From the human T2T-CHM13v2.0 reference genome, Homo sapiens, in NCBI RefSeq assembly GCF_009914755.1, contig NC_060926.1: 64,000 nucleotides of DNA, one strand, 5' to 3'. Shown here piece by piece: positions 18,633 through 32,625 of the stretch. The notes under the pieces are model-generated. The model was not told the origin of the DNA, made no database searches, and saw only the letters and a program-made list of their open reading frames with translations. Every line of letters begins with the position of its first letter. Position 1 is the first letter of the stretch. Position numbers and translations under genes: made by a program.

Positions 18633-19653
18633 CTTTGTGATTTTTATCTACCTTTGGTCTTTGATGATGGTGACCTACAGATGGGGTTTTGGTGTGGATG
18701 TCCTTTTAGTTGATGTTGATGCTATTTCTTTCTGTTTGTTAGTTTTCCTTCTAGCAGTCAGGACCCTCAGCTGCAGGTCTGTTGGAGTTTGCTGGAGGTC
18801 CACTCCAGACCCTGTTTGCCTGGGTATCACCAGCAGAGGCTGCAGAACAGGAAATATTGCTGCCTGATCCTTCCTCTGGAAGCTTCATCTCAGGGGGGCA
18901 CCCGGCTGTATGAGGTGTCAGTCGGCCCCTACTGGCAGGTGTCTCCCAGTTAGGCTACATGGGGGTCAGGGACTCACGTGAGGAGAGAGTCTGTCCATTC
19001 TCAGAGATCAAACTCCATGCTGGGAGAACCACTGCTCTCTTCAGGGCTGTCAGACGGGGGCGTTTAAGTCTGCAGAAGTTTCTGCTGCCTTTTGTTCAGC
19101 TATGCCCTGCTCCCAGAGGTGGAGTCTCCAGAGGCAGGCAGGCCTTGTTGAGATGCGGTGGGCTCCACCCAGTTCGAGCTTCCCAGCCACTTTGTTTACC
19201 TACTCAAGCCTCAGCAATGGCGGACGCCCCTCCCCCATCCCAGGCTGCCACCTTGCAGTTCGATTTTGGACTGCTGCGCTAGCAGTGAGCAAGGCTCTGT
19301 GGGCGTGGGACCTGCCGAACAAGTCACGGGATATAATCTCCTGGTGTGCCATTTGCTAAGACTGTTGAAAAAGCACAGTATTAGGGTGGGAGTGTCCTGA
19401 TATTCCAGGTACCCTCTGTCACGGCTTCCCTTGGCTAGGAAATGGAAATCCCCCAACCCCTTGTGCTTCCTGGGTGGGGTGACGCCCTGCCCTGCTTCGG
19501 CTCACCCTCCGTGGGCTGCACCCACTGTCCAACCAGTCCCAGTGAGATGAACCAGGTACCTCAGTTAGAAATGCAGAAATCACTCATCTTCTGCATTGAT
19601 CACACTGGGAGCTGCAGACTGGAGCTCTTCCTATTTGGCCACCTTGGAAACTC
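18633..19653. promoter_or_regulatory. L1 5'UTR: sense promoter (- strand) and antisense promoter / frameshifted ORF0 remnant (+ strand)
   Basis: ORF0-like ATG at 19217 (MADAPPP); the LPPCS.I.DCCAS..SVGVGP continuation is in another frame. Confidence 0.7.
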
Positions 19654-19762
19654 TTTTTGGAAAAAGGAGTTTTAAGCAACCATTCCATATAAATATGCGT
19701 TTGACCATTTCAGGGAAACTGCAGCAATATACAAGAATATTTTCCCAAAGAATGGACAAAAC

Positions 19763-20057
<295 letters not shown>

Positions 20058-20071
20058 GGATGCACAAACCA

Positions 20072-20118
20072 ACAGACAGACACACATACACACACACACA
20101 CACACAGAGGAGAGAGGG
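20072..20118. repeat. (CAGA)/(CA)n/(GA) microsatellite
   Basis: Seen directly in sequence. Confidence 0.85.
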
Positions 20119-21239
20119 AGTATTCTAGCTTAAATATCTATAAAATTCAGAGAGTACTTTAGGAGATTATATCCATAGTTGGCAAGATATGGAAGAAATA
20201 CTAGGTGAGAAAAGTAAAGAGGTGACCACTTAACCCCTTGCAAAACTCAATCATCTCTTTAGCATTAGATTTTAGCTGGGGCAATGAACAAATTTGAACT
20301 CTAGATCAAGTTGTAACTTTGGATTATTCTGAAAAGACATTTCTTTTACTGAGTTGATACAGTACTTTGTATCTTAAAGTGACCAATGAAACTGTATTAC
20401 CTAAGAATCTAGTTTTTATACAGTGTAAGAGGAAAACCTAGTGCCCATGACTATATTCAAATCAATAGAAGAAAACCATAATACATTTCTTATGATTCTA
20501 TCTCATAAACTAGACTGCTTAAATGTAACAGTCATATATTTATTACTGCATGAGTAAGCCTATATCAAGCTGGCCAGAGCATACCACACTTCGTAAAATT
20601 GATTTATTGAAGAGTCTCAACTCATCACAGGTTTAAATGGGAAATCATTTATGTTTCCACTAACTGCTTGACAATTCTCCTATATAAACCCATTTCCATT
20701 GATCTTTTTATAATATTTTGATAGATTCCATACTAGTCACTTCAGTTTATTCAAACTCTGCCATTTCAGTTTCAAAATCTAGCTCTGCTCATTTGTAAGT
20801 TTCATTTAAATCACTTCTCCTCCCCTCCCTGTATTACAGGCTACAACTGTCAGTGGATTTAGCAGCTTGCAGTCTTAAGATGGGGTGGAAGTTGGGTGGA
20901 ATGATCTCTTTACTTCCTTCACCTATTCACTTTCACATGCATCTTCTCTGCTAATGAGCAAGGAGAAGGGAGAGTGAAACAAAGGTCTAAATAAGTGGCA
21001 CATTTCTTTCCCTGCCTAAAAAGAACTGGTTGGACATACTGTGTAATGGGAGGGTACTCATTAGTTGTTTTGAGGGTCCTATGGTTCCAATTTAATGACC
21101 TTGAAGATCCAGTTTCATTTCTTCTTTTTCCTGTTTTTCCTGGTCCATGCACTAAGGATAAAACTGATCCATGACACCAAAACTCTGTCAGTCAGATTCC
21201 TAAAATAGAGCAGATGGACTCAAAGACAGTAGTGAAAAT

Positions 21240-21500
21240 ATTTAATGAATACATTATTTACATAGTTGTGTGTTGAATTCAGTGAAACAACAACGGATGA
21301 TGACACACCCAAGGAGTGGTGATATCTGGAAACTGCTATCGCTCCAAGTTCTGAAGAAGAAAATGAAGAAACAGAGTTACTGAGTTTCAGTAAGAGCTGA
21401 AGTTGTTCAGGTGGAATTGTCTGGCAGGGCCTGGATTTAGTCATTGGAGAGAGGGTCCTTAACAGGAGCCGTGCTTACACAGAGGAACACAGTCACATCT
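21240..21500 (-). mobile_element. Ancient MaLR/ERVL LTR fragment (MLT1/LTR33-like)
   Basis: Weak similarity to a recalled consensus. Confidence 0.3.
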
Positions 21501-22981
21501 CCCAGAGTCGAAGAGTAAAACTTGCATCTGGAGAGTGAACATAGAATATAGAGCTCTCAACTGCTTTTTGTTGCTTTCATTCAATAGATAGTTTGCTTGG
21601 AAAATTAAAGGAAGGTTGTTCAAGTTTAGCTACTTTCACTAGTGTACAATAAACTATGGGGAAAACACATATTTAAGCCACATTAAAGAGCAATTTGCTT
21701 TTCCCCCCTAGTGTACCCTCTCTCGACTCCTCCATCTCTCTGTATCACAGAAGTTTCAGGAACTCTGAAGACCCAGACGTGCAGTGACTTTCAGAGAAGG
21801 ACACTGAGAAGTGTCCCTGATTTATCACTCTATATTACAAGTGATTCTGCCATGTTAGTAGGGAAGAACAGCTCTGCTATTTTCTCTCTAAAAGGAGGCA
21901 TAATAGTTCCCTAGGAACCTGCACACAAAATTATTTGACATCTTTCTGAGTACTGTTCTTATATGAATTGAGGGATAATGGGGGGACATGGATGATAGGG
22001 CATCGTTTTCTAAACTGGCACCACTCAGTAAACACTACAATGTTATCCCCTTTTGGTGATTCCCTGTGTTATAAATATAGGAAATTTAACATCTTTGTTC
22101 TTCAGGTAAAATTTTTAGACATCAGGAAAAAAGAATATGCTTTAAGATGTTACAGATGTAGAGATAAGCAGGAGAGATCTAAGGGCTGATAGTCTCAAAG
22201 GAGTAAGATAGAGTAAAAAAGAAAGAGGTGGGTGAATGTAGAGCTTTGGACAGAAGCTAATCTTTTTCTTTTCTGCTGTGTTCCGTACAACTTGCTGTGT
22301 GTGAGCAGCCCTGATCCCATTGCTGTTGATATAATCATATAATATTAGTGCTTGAGGGCCCTTAGAGATAATATAGTCTAAACCATTTTTAAGAGAGAGA
22401 ATTTTAAATAAAAAAGAATTGTTTATGATTGCATCATTTCTCTGGTGGATGTAGACTCTCACTTTTACGGTTAATATTTCATGCCTGTTTCTTACATATG
22501 TGTCTTGTATATCAAACAAATCATAAAGTTCTTGAAGGAAGGACTTTCTTTTCTGTACATTCCATTGGCCTTAGCCTCACTCTGAGGAGTATAGTACTCA
22601 ATAAAAGCTGACCAACTGAATGCAATAGGAGTAAGTTAATAATTATCCCAGTTTATAAGACTTTAGAGAATTTTTAATTATTAAATGTATCCTTATTGGC
22701 CTCACCTTGCTTTACCTGGTTCTAAATTTTTGCTCTTAACTTGGGGTCAGGGAACATTCTCATATGTAAAACTTTGCATACTTATCTATTTTTGAGGGGA
22801 AGATATTTATGTTTTGATTTAGTTTGTTTTATAATTAACTTTTCAACGAGGTTACCCAAAATATATTGACAATTTTTTGGTGGACAAACATTTTAGGGAG
22901 GGGGAACTCTACTAAAAAAAAGACAGACTGGAAGCTTAGGATTCTATACTGATACTGCAAGTAGTTAGCTGTGATTCTGGA

Positions 22982-23284
22982 TTTTCTTTTTCTTTGAGAC
23001 ACGGTCTCTCTCTGTCACCCAGAATGGAGTACAGAAGCATGATCATGGCTTAATGCAACCTCAAACCTCCTGAGCTCAAGTGATCCTCCTGCTCAGCCTC
23101 CAACGTAGCAGGAACTACAGACACACACCACCATGCCTGGCTAACTATTTTTTAATTTTTATTTTTTATGTATGGTGTCACGCTATGTTGACTGGGCTGG
23201 TTTTGAATACCTAGCCTCAAGTGATCCTCCCTCCTCGGCCTCCCAAAGTGCTGGGATTACAGGTGTGAGCCACTGCACTCAACT
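22982..23284 (-). mobile_element. Alu (AluJ-like)
   Basis: Antisense dimeric Alu with J-type ctcaagtgatcctcc in both arms. Confidence 0.9.
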
Positions 23285-24006
23285 TGGAATATATTTCGTT
23301 AAATAATGGTATAGTTTCTGCTGATCATTTAAACTTCTAAACCTATATTATCTCCTCTTGGAGCATCACTAAGAGATTTACTATGATGACTGAACACTCC
23401 TTGATAGAAGGGGCAGGGTCACTGCCATACCATTATACCCTAAGGTTGCTAACTCAAGGCCTGACTCAGAGTAGGCACTCTGCATTAAATGTTTACAGAC
23501 TCCGTGGCATAATGAAATAACCAAAACTTCTCTAAACTTTAATTCTTCTACAGAAAAACAATAATGACTCAATACAGTTCTTCATTAGCATTAGTCAAAG
23601 GATTAATATTATAGAAGTTTTAGGTTCTGAGTTAGGCTACTTGAACAGCATGAGTTCTACAATCCTATGATTTCTTCAATCCCCAATTCTGCCTTAATTA
23701 TGGCATGTACAACGTATTAATGTGTCTGCTTTAATTTAACCTTCTGTAAAACTGACATAACATTATTATTTAATTTGTTCTTTGAAAGTTTTTTAGAAGT
23801 TAATAATATGAAATATTTTAAATAGTGTCCTCAAATAGAAAATGCTGAAATTATTTTAGCAATAATCAGCTACATAAACAAGGAAGTCTCTGATTCTTCC
23901 AAAAATAATGTATCATTATATTTAAGCACAGAACTAGCTTGGAGAGTCATGTTAGGTTGCAGCATGCTTATGAAAAGGGACATACGTCAGGAGTAAGTAG
24001 ACCTAG

Positions 24007-24365
24007 TGTATTAGTCTGTTTTCACACTGTTGATAAAGACATACCTGAAGATGGGCAACTTACAAAAGAAAGAGGTTTAATGGACTTACAGTTCCATGTG
24101 GCTAGGGAAGCCTCACAATCATGGCAGAGGGCAAGGAGGAGCAAGTCACATCTTATGTGGATGGCGGCAGACAAAAAAGAGCTTTTGCAGGGAAATTCCC
24201 ATTTTTTAAATTATCAGATCTCCTGAGACGTATTCACTCTCATGAGAACAGCCTGGGAAAGACCCACCCCCATGATTTAATTACCTCCCCCACCCCGGGT
24301 CCCTCCCTCAACACGTGGGAATTCAAGATGAGATTTGGGTGGGGACACAGAGCCAAACCGTATCA
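24007..24365 (-). mobile_element. THE1A/THE1B solo LTR (MaLR)
   Basis: tgtattagtc...ccgtatca termini; 5-bp TSD cctag at 24002-24006 and 24366-24370. Confidence 0.92.
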
Positions 24366-24991
24366 CCTAGGTTCACATTTTACAGCTTTTGATCTTACCA
24401 TTTGTTCTTTAACAGTATGCCTACAGGTTCTCTCAAGTAGAGATTTACACATATGTAATGGGTTACTATAATGAGTGGGTTCAGCTTGGTGATCACAGTA
24501 TTGCAGACTCACTTACAAATCTAAATTGCTTCTCTTCTTGAGTCAGATTAAATTTCTTCTATGTGCCAAGCAGCATGTTGGCGGTCTGTCACCATTAGAG
24601 TACTAAATGGTTTCCTCTTAGGTCTCTCGGAATCACTCCTGTTAGTAAATAGGGTGTTCTTCCCATCCCTCCTCTCTTCCCTCCTTTCTTCCCCCTTTTC
24701 TTCTTTTCTAATATGTCTTTAAAGGAGTGTGTGCCTTCCCTTCTTTTATCTTTTCTGAAAACTTGAAGCCTTCCTTCAACTAGTGGATTTCTTATACATA
24801 ATATAAGTTTGTCAATACAATTCAAAGAATTTCTAGACTGACATAGAGGCTTCTTGCCCCCAAAACGTATATATAAGGAAAACTTTGCATTAAATCTTCT
24901 CTTTGAAAGTCTGTGTCTTTCTGTTTTGTTTTGATTTTGGTTTCATTTTCCTTTAATCTTCCATTATTTGTTATATATCTGTCCTTTACAG

Positions 24992-25144
24992 CTCTCCCAA
25001 GGCTGTACTGGGGCAAAAGACATTTATGGTGGGGAATCACACATAACCTTAAAGACAACCTCCGGGGACAGTGAGCCAGAAAACATGCACACTACAGAGT
25101 CAGGAAACTTGAATTTATTCCCAATTCAACCAGAAGAAAGCCAG
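24992..25144 (+). other. Candidate internal exon (153 nt, open in phase 0)
   Basis: Long pyrimidine tract ending tttacag; CAG/gtaatt donor. Confidence 0.3.
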
Positions 25145-26371
25145 GTAATTTCAATGAACCACTGAAACTATTTGGATAAGGGTAAGAAGAAATTAATCTT
25201 CAAGAAATAAATAATAGAGGGAAACATGGAGAAGAACAAATAGAGTGGTAGCGTGTTTTTAAAATGGAGAGCAGTCAATACTGCCCTTCTTTTCACATGG
25301 TTAACCAATCAATCAAATTATCATTTTTTCTAGATACAGGAAAATGTGAGAATTTTACTATTTTAATAAGTTATTGGTCTCAGTCTTTTCCTCTCATTCA
25401 CATCTGTATATTCTGAAAAATCATTTATTTGCATTTAGTTGGCTTGTAGAAAGAATGACTCTGTGTCTGTCCCCTCACTGTAACCTCATAACCTACCCCT
25501 AAGACATAAAATTGAAAAATAGTACAATGTAACCATTCAAAAGTGAATACATTTGCATATGATTTATGTAGAATTAAAGTATGTCAACTTTACTTCCTAT
25601 TCCTGTTATTTTTATCAGTTTAATTACGATAATCAGAGTTTTGGTCAAACATCTCCTGCCTTATCTTTTACAAATTCAAGTCAATGAGCATATCCTGACT
25701 ATGAACCATAGTCTACATTTCATGTTCTACTATATTTCCAGCTGCATCTAATAAGAGATAACTCTGGGTTCAGTTTTATTAAAAGATAATGATTTATATC
25801 TTTGTTTTAAGATTAAAGATAAATATTATGTCTGCTCATTATTTTTCAAAAAGCAACTTAAGTGTAATAAAAATTAAAATATTGTCACTGACAGATGAAT
25901 CAAATTATGCATGATTTTTCCATTATGCATATCATATATGACATTCCAGTAATTTCTCATTATAGATAGAAAAGTAGATAGATATAATGACTTGTAGAAA
26001 TAATTGAAAATATACCCAACCCAGAATGTTTTAAAATGTGTAATTAATTCTAATTCCATTTTATAGAAGAAATACAGAAAAATGCTTAATTGCTGAATTT
26101 GAGATAAATATTTCCTCTCAAGGCATATTCTAAAATATATTTCTAAGATTAAGACAAATATTATATAATGTATTAAATATGAGTTTTAATTTTTGTTCCT
26201 GGGTTGTCATTGATTCTCCACTAGGTCAAGTGACAGGAAAATGAGATATATTTGTGTACATATATTTGTGTACATATCTATAAATATTTATGTGTTCATT
26301 TGGGTGTGACTATATATATGCGCATGTTTGTATATGTATGTTTCCATATATTTCCCTCTGTGTATGCACAT

Positions 26372-26406
26372 TATATATATATATATATATATAAAATACA
26401 CACACA

Positions 26407-26454
<48 letters not shown>
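26372..26454. repeat. (TA)n(CA)n microsatellite
   Basis: Seen directly in sequence. Confidence 0.95.
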
Positions 26455-26456
<2 letters not shown>

Positions 26457-26800
26457 GCTATACATGAGTTTATACTGGTCTCCAACTTTAATCCAACACC
26501 GAACAGATCATTCTGGTCTTCCTACATTGCTTATTTGTAACTTCTCACTCTAACATTGAGAAACCTGGCTCCCATCATCCCATCCATTTGCTTGGTGCTG
26601 AATTCCAGTTGCATGTATAATGGTTTTCTATTTATTAACCCCTATTCCCTGGGAAAACACCTTTGTCAACTATAGTACAGTGTTTATGTATTGTTCCTTT
26701 TGTCTTTATTGTTATAATCTAAACTTTTTTCCAAAATTGCTTAGCAGAGTAATTTTTTCCACTTCCTTCAGCAAAGTTATTTCAAGTATTTGTTATGTAG
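26455..26800 (-). mobile_element. Old L1M (L1MC/MD-like) 3' fragment
   Basis: catgagtttatactggtctccaac...gagaaacctggctccc motif. Confidence 0.6.
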
Positions 26801-27224
26801 TTTGAAGGTTGTCATGGAATAAGTGAGGCCAGTTGATACTGTATCACTTTTGTGTTGCTTTCCTTTCATGCTGGCTGCTTGAAATATACTTCTTTTCAGA
26901 ATTTTCAGATCATTATATTAACCACAATGTATCTCACTGGAGATTTTCTATATTATTTTTACTTATGATGTCTCCAAAATTCAAAATTTTCTTCCTTCTT
27001 TATTGTAGAGAATTTTAATTTGATTATTATTGTGTTGCAAGTGTCTTACAGTTTGCCACAAAGTAACTCCTAAACTTTAGGCATTAACTTATGGTACTAA
27101 AATATTTATCATGCTTCATTTAAAGAACATCTTCGTTTAATTGTATTAATTTATAAATGCACCTCTCAAATTTCCATCCTCATTCTCATGATTGTATCTT
27201 TCTCATGATTGTCCCTTTGGCTGT

Positions 27225-27608
27225 CACTGTGATTTGAATGTTAAATGTTTTTGTCTCCTTTACAATTCATGTGTTGGAAACTTAATCTCCAGTGGTGGGG
27301 CTTAATGGGAAATGTTTAGGTCATGAGGGCTCTGTTCCCATAAATGGATTAATGCCTCCATAAAAAAGGCTTGTGGGAAAAAGTTTGCTCTTTTCTGCTC
27401 TTCTGCCTTATGACAACATAGTGCTCCTCCCCTCTGGAGTATGCACTCTTCAAGCTTCCATCTTGAAGGCAGAGAGCCTGGGCTCTAACCTTTTGGCACC
27501 CTGATCTTGAATTTCCCAGCCTCTAATACTGTGAGAAATAAATCTCTGTTCTTTATAAATTACCCAGTTTCGGGTATTCTGTGATGCAACACAAAACAGA
27601 CTGAGACA
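27225..27608 (+). mobile_element. MST-family (MSTC/D-like) solo LTR
   Basis: aataaatctctgttctttataaattacccag...gactgagaca; near-TSD gctgt/gatgt. Confidence 0.8.
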
Positions 27609-28199
27609 GATGTTCTCTGTACTAATATGTTAACCTTCTGGCATGATTACTTAGTGGAAATGTCTGTCATTTTCATTAAGCAATGACTTAGTAAGAATTT
27701 GGGCAGCATTGGTTCCTGAATCCTTTACACATTGTTAGTAAAGTGACTCCTGTGTGATGAAGCTCGCAGTTCCATAATTCTGCCAGATAGAAATAAAAGC
27801 TTGCAAGTTCTGGGGATGAAGTCAAATACGCTCATGTTTCGCATCCCTAGACATCCATTGCCCATCTGGCATAATCCCATCTGTCACTCAGGGTTCTACC
27901 ACAGGAGTGACTACTCTTGTTTTTAGAGAGGAATATATTTATACTATAGTTAAGATCATTGCTGTATCATTAAATGCGGTTGGGGTGATGTCCTATGCAG
28001 TAAGTAGCTCACATGGAACAACTGTTGTAGATGTCTTACCTTAGCACAGTATGTGAGAATCCTGCATAAAAAGGTCAACAGTAAAGACACTTTCATCTAC
28101 CAGAAGGTTCCAGAGGTGACTTTTTGCTTACTTACCATCTCCTACACTGGCACCCTTGGTTTACGTGGCTAAGGAATATTGTGACAAGTTGCCATGAAA

Positions 28200-28421
28200 T
28201 TAGCATCTCAAATTACTCAGAATACTTTATATATAAAGTATTTATCTCTATATATAAAATACATACTATTATATATACTTGATATTATACAATGACTATT
28301 ATATACATACTCTATATATTATGAACTTACTATATATTGTATATACTTTATATATCATATATTATACTTTACATATAATACTTTATATATATAAAGAATT
28401 CTGAGTAATGTAAGGTGCTAA
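28200..28421. repeat. AT-rich imperfect palindrome with ~42-bp inverted arms
   Basis: ttagcatctcaaattactcagaatactttatata / tatataaagaattctgagtaatgtaaggtgctaa. Confidence 0.8.
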
Positions 28422-29082
28422 AATATATATTATATTTATGTAGCACAATATAGTAAGTATCCAAATACATTTTGGATAATTAGGCATTAATCTTTATTCA
28501 AAAAAAAAAAACAGCATCAGTCTTTCTTTTGAGCCCTGGGAGCCCTGAACATATGGTGGAGCATATAGATAGTTTAGGAAAAATAAGAAGAATAAAATGG
28601 AAAGAAGGAAAAAGCAAAGCATTTTTAAGAGGTACTGAAAGATCAGTTTAGCTGGAGCAAAGAACCCATGGAAAAAAACGATGACTTACGAAGTTTTCTT
28701 ATTTCTTTTTAAGAAATTGGAAACTGTTTCATGGGTAAAAATATCAGTACTATTTTTAACTCTGTGGGACTGAACTCATCCTGACACTGTTATGAATTCT
28801 GTTTGAATTCAACCCTACCGCTTGAACAATTCTGGAACCTGCATATTATAACTGTACTTTTTATAAAGTGCTTTTAGTTTCATAATCTGATTTGATGCTT
28901 CAAATTCTGTTAGGAAATAGGTATGGAAGGATATTGCATTTCCAATTTTGAGATGAGGGATGTAAGACACAGAGACTGGCCTGTGATAACTGAATTCTGA
29001 AGAAATGACCCTTCCTCCTAGGCCTCCCTGGCCAATCCTCTCAGTAGGAATCCTAATAGCTCCTCTTCTTTCACTACTTTAA

Positions 29083-29278
29083 AATATATATATATATATA
29101 TATATACCTATATATATCTATATAGATATATATATAGATAGATAGATATAGATATATATATATAGATCTATAGATATATATACATATATAGATCTATATA
29201 TATATATCTATAGATCTATAGATATCTATATACATCTATAGATCTATAGATCTATAGATATATATACACATATATATT
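29083..29278. repeat. Complex (TA)n/(TAGA)/(TAGATCTA) repeat
   Basis: Seen directly in sequence. Confidence 0.95.
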
Positions 29279-30685
29279 TTCACATGACCACAGACCATAT
29301 TCTGAGATGTGTTCTCGAAGGCCGTTTCTCTGGAAAGTTCTTCCCTATCGTTTATTGTTCTAGATATTTGTGCCCATTCTTTCTCCTCAACCAATTATGA
29401 CATAGAGTCCCTATGGAAGCAATTTTCCTAATACCAGAAAAACCACACTATTCTAAAAATGTGCATCCTCATACAGGATACTGGTTTATCATTGCTGAGC
29501 ATTCAACATGTGCAGGTTTGGAGTATATTCTACACTTACCCTGTCTTCCTGACCACTGTACACTGCTTCCTGGGATTCCACAATTTCTCTCTCATTACTT
29601 CAGTTTACAGAAGTGTCCTTAATGAAACGGGAATACAATTGGGAGAGTTAATCTAACTAAACATCTAAACATTGCCAGTTATTTAAACACTCTCCTGACC
29701 ATATCTTGAAAAGACATATAGATAAAAGGATAGAGAAGACAGTATAAGTGCCCTAATCTAGCCTAGAGTCATTCATGACCGTTCTGCCCTCTAGTGTGTT
29801 AGAGGAAAGTCATGATGATGTTAATGTATGCTTGTTTAAAAATGCCAGCCTGCTCCCTCCTCTCCACAGTCTCTTCCAGCTGTAGCCCAATTAAAGTCAA
29901 CAGTTCACAGGTGTTTAGAGAAATGTTTTCAACATAAAACCCCAGTTGTCTTTAGGGCTCTTCACTCTTTTTAGTGCTCTTTAAATTTGAAATATTCTTC
30001 CAAAAAACAAACCACATTTGCAAATGAAGAAAAAAATACAACGGACAATGAGGAAGATGTTAACAATTATAAAAATATTGTCAATAACAAAAAAAAGAAT
30101 ATTTCAGAACCACCTGGAAGACCCATGTATTTAACCCAACCTAAAGCAAAATAATATTTTCTTGACTAAAGAGGGTGAAGAATGAGAATGGGATAGCATG
30201 GTGTGACATGTATGAGGAAGGTTAAGAAGAACATATAAGAATTTATGTACCATCTTTTTCTGGCATACTTAGTTAAAGCATTAACTACCACCCCGTCCCA
30301 TACTTTCTACATTTAAACAAGTAGATATTATCTCAAACACATATACACTTTGCTATCTGACAATGAGTGCACCATGAACACACTCTCCCTGAGTATTCTC
30401 TTCATCAATCTAGAGAAAGAAAAAATTGACAGCCAATGATTGTCATTCTATTTATAATTACAAATACATTAACTCATTCCTAAAGATTTTGGAATTATTA
30501 CAGGTAACTAGGTTCTGAAAACATGGTACCCAAAAATATGTGACTTATACATTGTACAAATCTGTTCATTGAGTAAACATATCCAGTATATGAATCAGTC
30601 TTTGATAAAGTCTGAATTTGGAGGGCCATTGCTATATAATAATTTATAAAATATAATTTTTTCAGGGGTAAACCAGGATGAAAAC

Positions 30686-30900
30686 CATTCATTTACTCAT
30701 TTATTTAGCAAATATATAGCAGGTGCCTACTATGTGCCATACACTGTCCTATGGTATGACAATGAACAACACAGACTAAAAACCTTGCCCTAAGGAATCT
30801 TAAGACAGGTAGTAAACATCAAACATATTAAATAACTTAATAATCTAGTATGTTAAACGACAATATATACAATAGGGAAAAAGAAAGAAAAGGAAAACTC
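30686..30900 (-). mobile_element. L2 3' fragment
   Basis: cattcatttactcatttatttagcaaatat...tgcctactatgtgcc. Confidence 0.7.
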
Positions 30901-31360
30901 TAGCAGAGATAGGGGAATCTGTAGTTCAAAATCAAGGTGTAAGGGTTGAAAGGATGGGAAGTAGCAAAGAGCAAACTTCATCTATTTCATTTATTTTAGA
31001 AATTATAATGTTTGTTGGATAAATCCCGCATTGAAAATAGACTTTTATTATTTACCGAAATTAGAACAAGGCAATTACAAGTTTCACTTGGTGATGATTC
31101 TGATGATGTTAATGATGTTATTAACTTTCTTGAGTATTTACTATGTGGCAAACACTGTGCTAAATCACTACATGAAAAATGTCATACAATATCCAAAAAA
31201 TAACCCCTACCTCACTGTGCTCTATACCAGTCCACTGAATTGAAAGATCAGGAAAATATAGGTAAGAGAGGCAAAATAATTCACTTAGTTCCACATAGTG
31301 TCAGGACTGAGATTAAATCTGTGTCTTTAATCCCAAATTCATGCTATTAATCATTACTTA

Positions 31361-32043
31361 TGTTACAGGTAGTTAGGCATGAGCCAGGCAGGAGAGGGCT
31401 CTCCCCACCCACACTAGGAATGTTGGGTGACATTTCTGCAATTATTGCCTTGCCTCTCTAAAAACAATAATTTGGCATCGCCAGGGAGAGGCCAGTTCCT
31501 GATGGTCCACATCTGTTAACATCAAAACATTCATTGAATGTGGACCCCAGAGAGAAGCAACTTCTGCGCATGCACATTAAGAGACAAAAATGGTGAAGTA
31601 TAATCTTCTGGGCACACTCCACCTGAAAAAAGAAGAACGCCTCAGATGGGTATACATAGAACTCCCTAAACACGCTGCGTGTGCTCGATTCCAAGGATAA
31701 AGAAAGCACTGCACGTGAGGAAAGCGCACCTGAAGGGAAGAAACATGGGAAAGAGGCGAGCCTATAAAGTCCTAGAGTCAAGGTTAAGGGCCCCCTTTTT
31801 TGCTGTCTGCTCTTCTCTGTTTGTCCTTCAGTTACCCAAGATAATTTTCCTTTCTTTCCTTTTCTAAAACTTTTTTTAGATAAACTTTCACTCCTGCTCT
31901 GAGACTTGCCTTCATCTCTTTTTCTGCTTTATGACCCTCAGTCAAATTATTTCTTTTAAGGAGATAAAAACTGAAGTTGCTAGGGATCTTATGGATACTC
32001 CGCCGGTAACTCGGGGTAACTCAGATCTCTACCACCGCTAACA
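31361..32043 (+). mobile_element. ERV1 solo LTR, MER50-family-like
   Basis: TG...CA termini, TATA box (cctataaag), 4-bp TSD ctta/ctta. Confidence 0.8.
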
Positions 32044-32182
32044 CTTACGCAAACATATTTTATTTATTAAGCACCTATGACAGGCCAGAATTGTTTTAAA
32101 AAAATTAATTCATTTTTAAAAAATATTAATTCATCTTAATTCTTAATTTTTTATATAATAAACTTTAAATGATCTAGAACTT

Positions 32183-32625
32183 TGTAGTAGACTAAGTAGT
32201 GGCTCCCCAAAGATGTTTATGTCTTAATCCCCAAACTTATAAATACGTTACTTTTCATGGCAAAGGAGCTTTGCAGGTGTGAAAGATACTGCAATTGAGA
32301 GTTCATCCTGAATTATCTGTGTGGACTTGGTATAATCACAAAGATCCTTATAAAAAGGAGATGGCAGGGTCAGAGCGAGAGAAGACAATGGGAAGACAGA
32401 AGCAGAGGTTAAAGTAGGTGGACCGTGAAACATGGAATGTCAACAGTCTCTAGAAATCGTGAAAGGCAAGGAGACAGATTTCCCCCTACACCTTCCAGAA
32501 GAAACACAACCTTTCCAACCCATTTTCAACTTCTGACCGGCATAAAAATAAAAATAATAAATCTATATTGACTTAACTTACCAATTTCGTGGGAATTTTT
32601 TATAGTCACAATAGGAAACAATGTA
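32183..32625 (+). mobile_element. MLT1C/D-like LTR
   Basis: catggcaaaggagctttgcaggtgtg...aaggcaaggagacagatttcccc motifs. Confidence 0.75.

Noticed and set aside
26252-26540. His/Thr- or Cys/Val-rich ORFs
   Set aside because: Translations of (CA)n and (TA)n microsatellites
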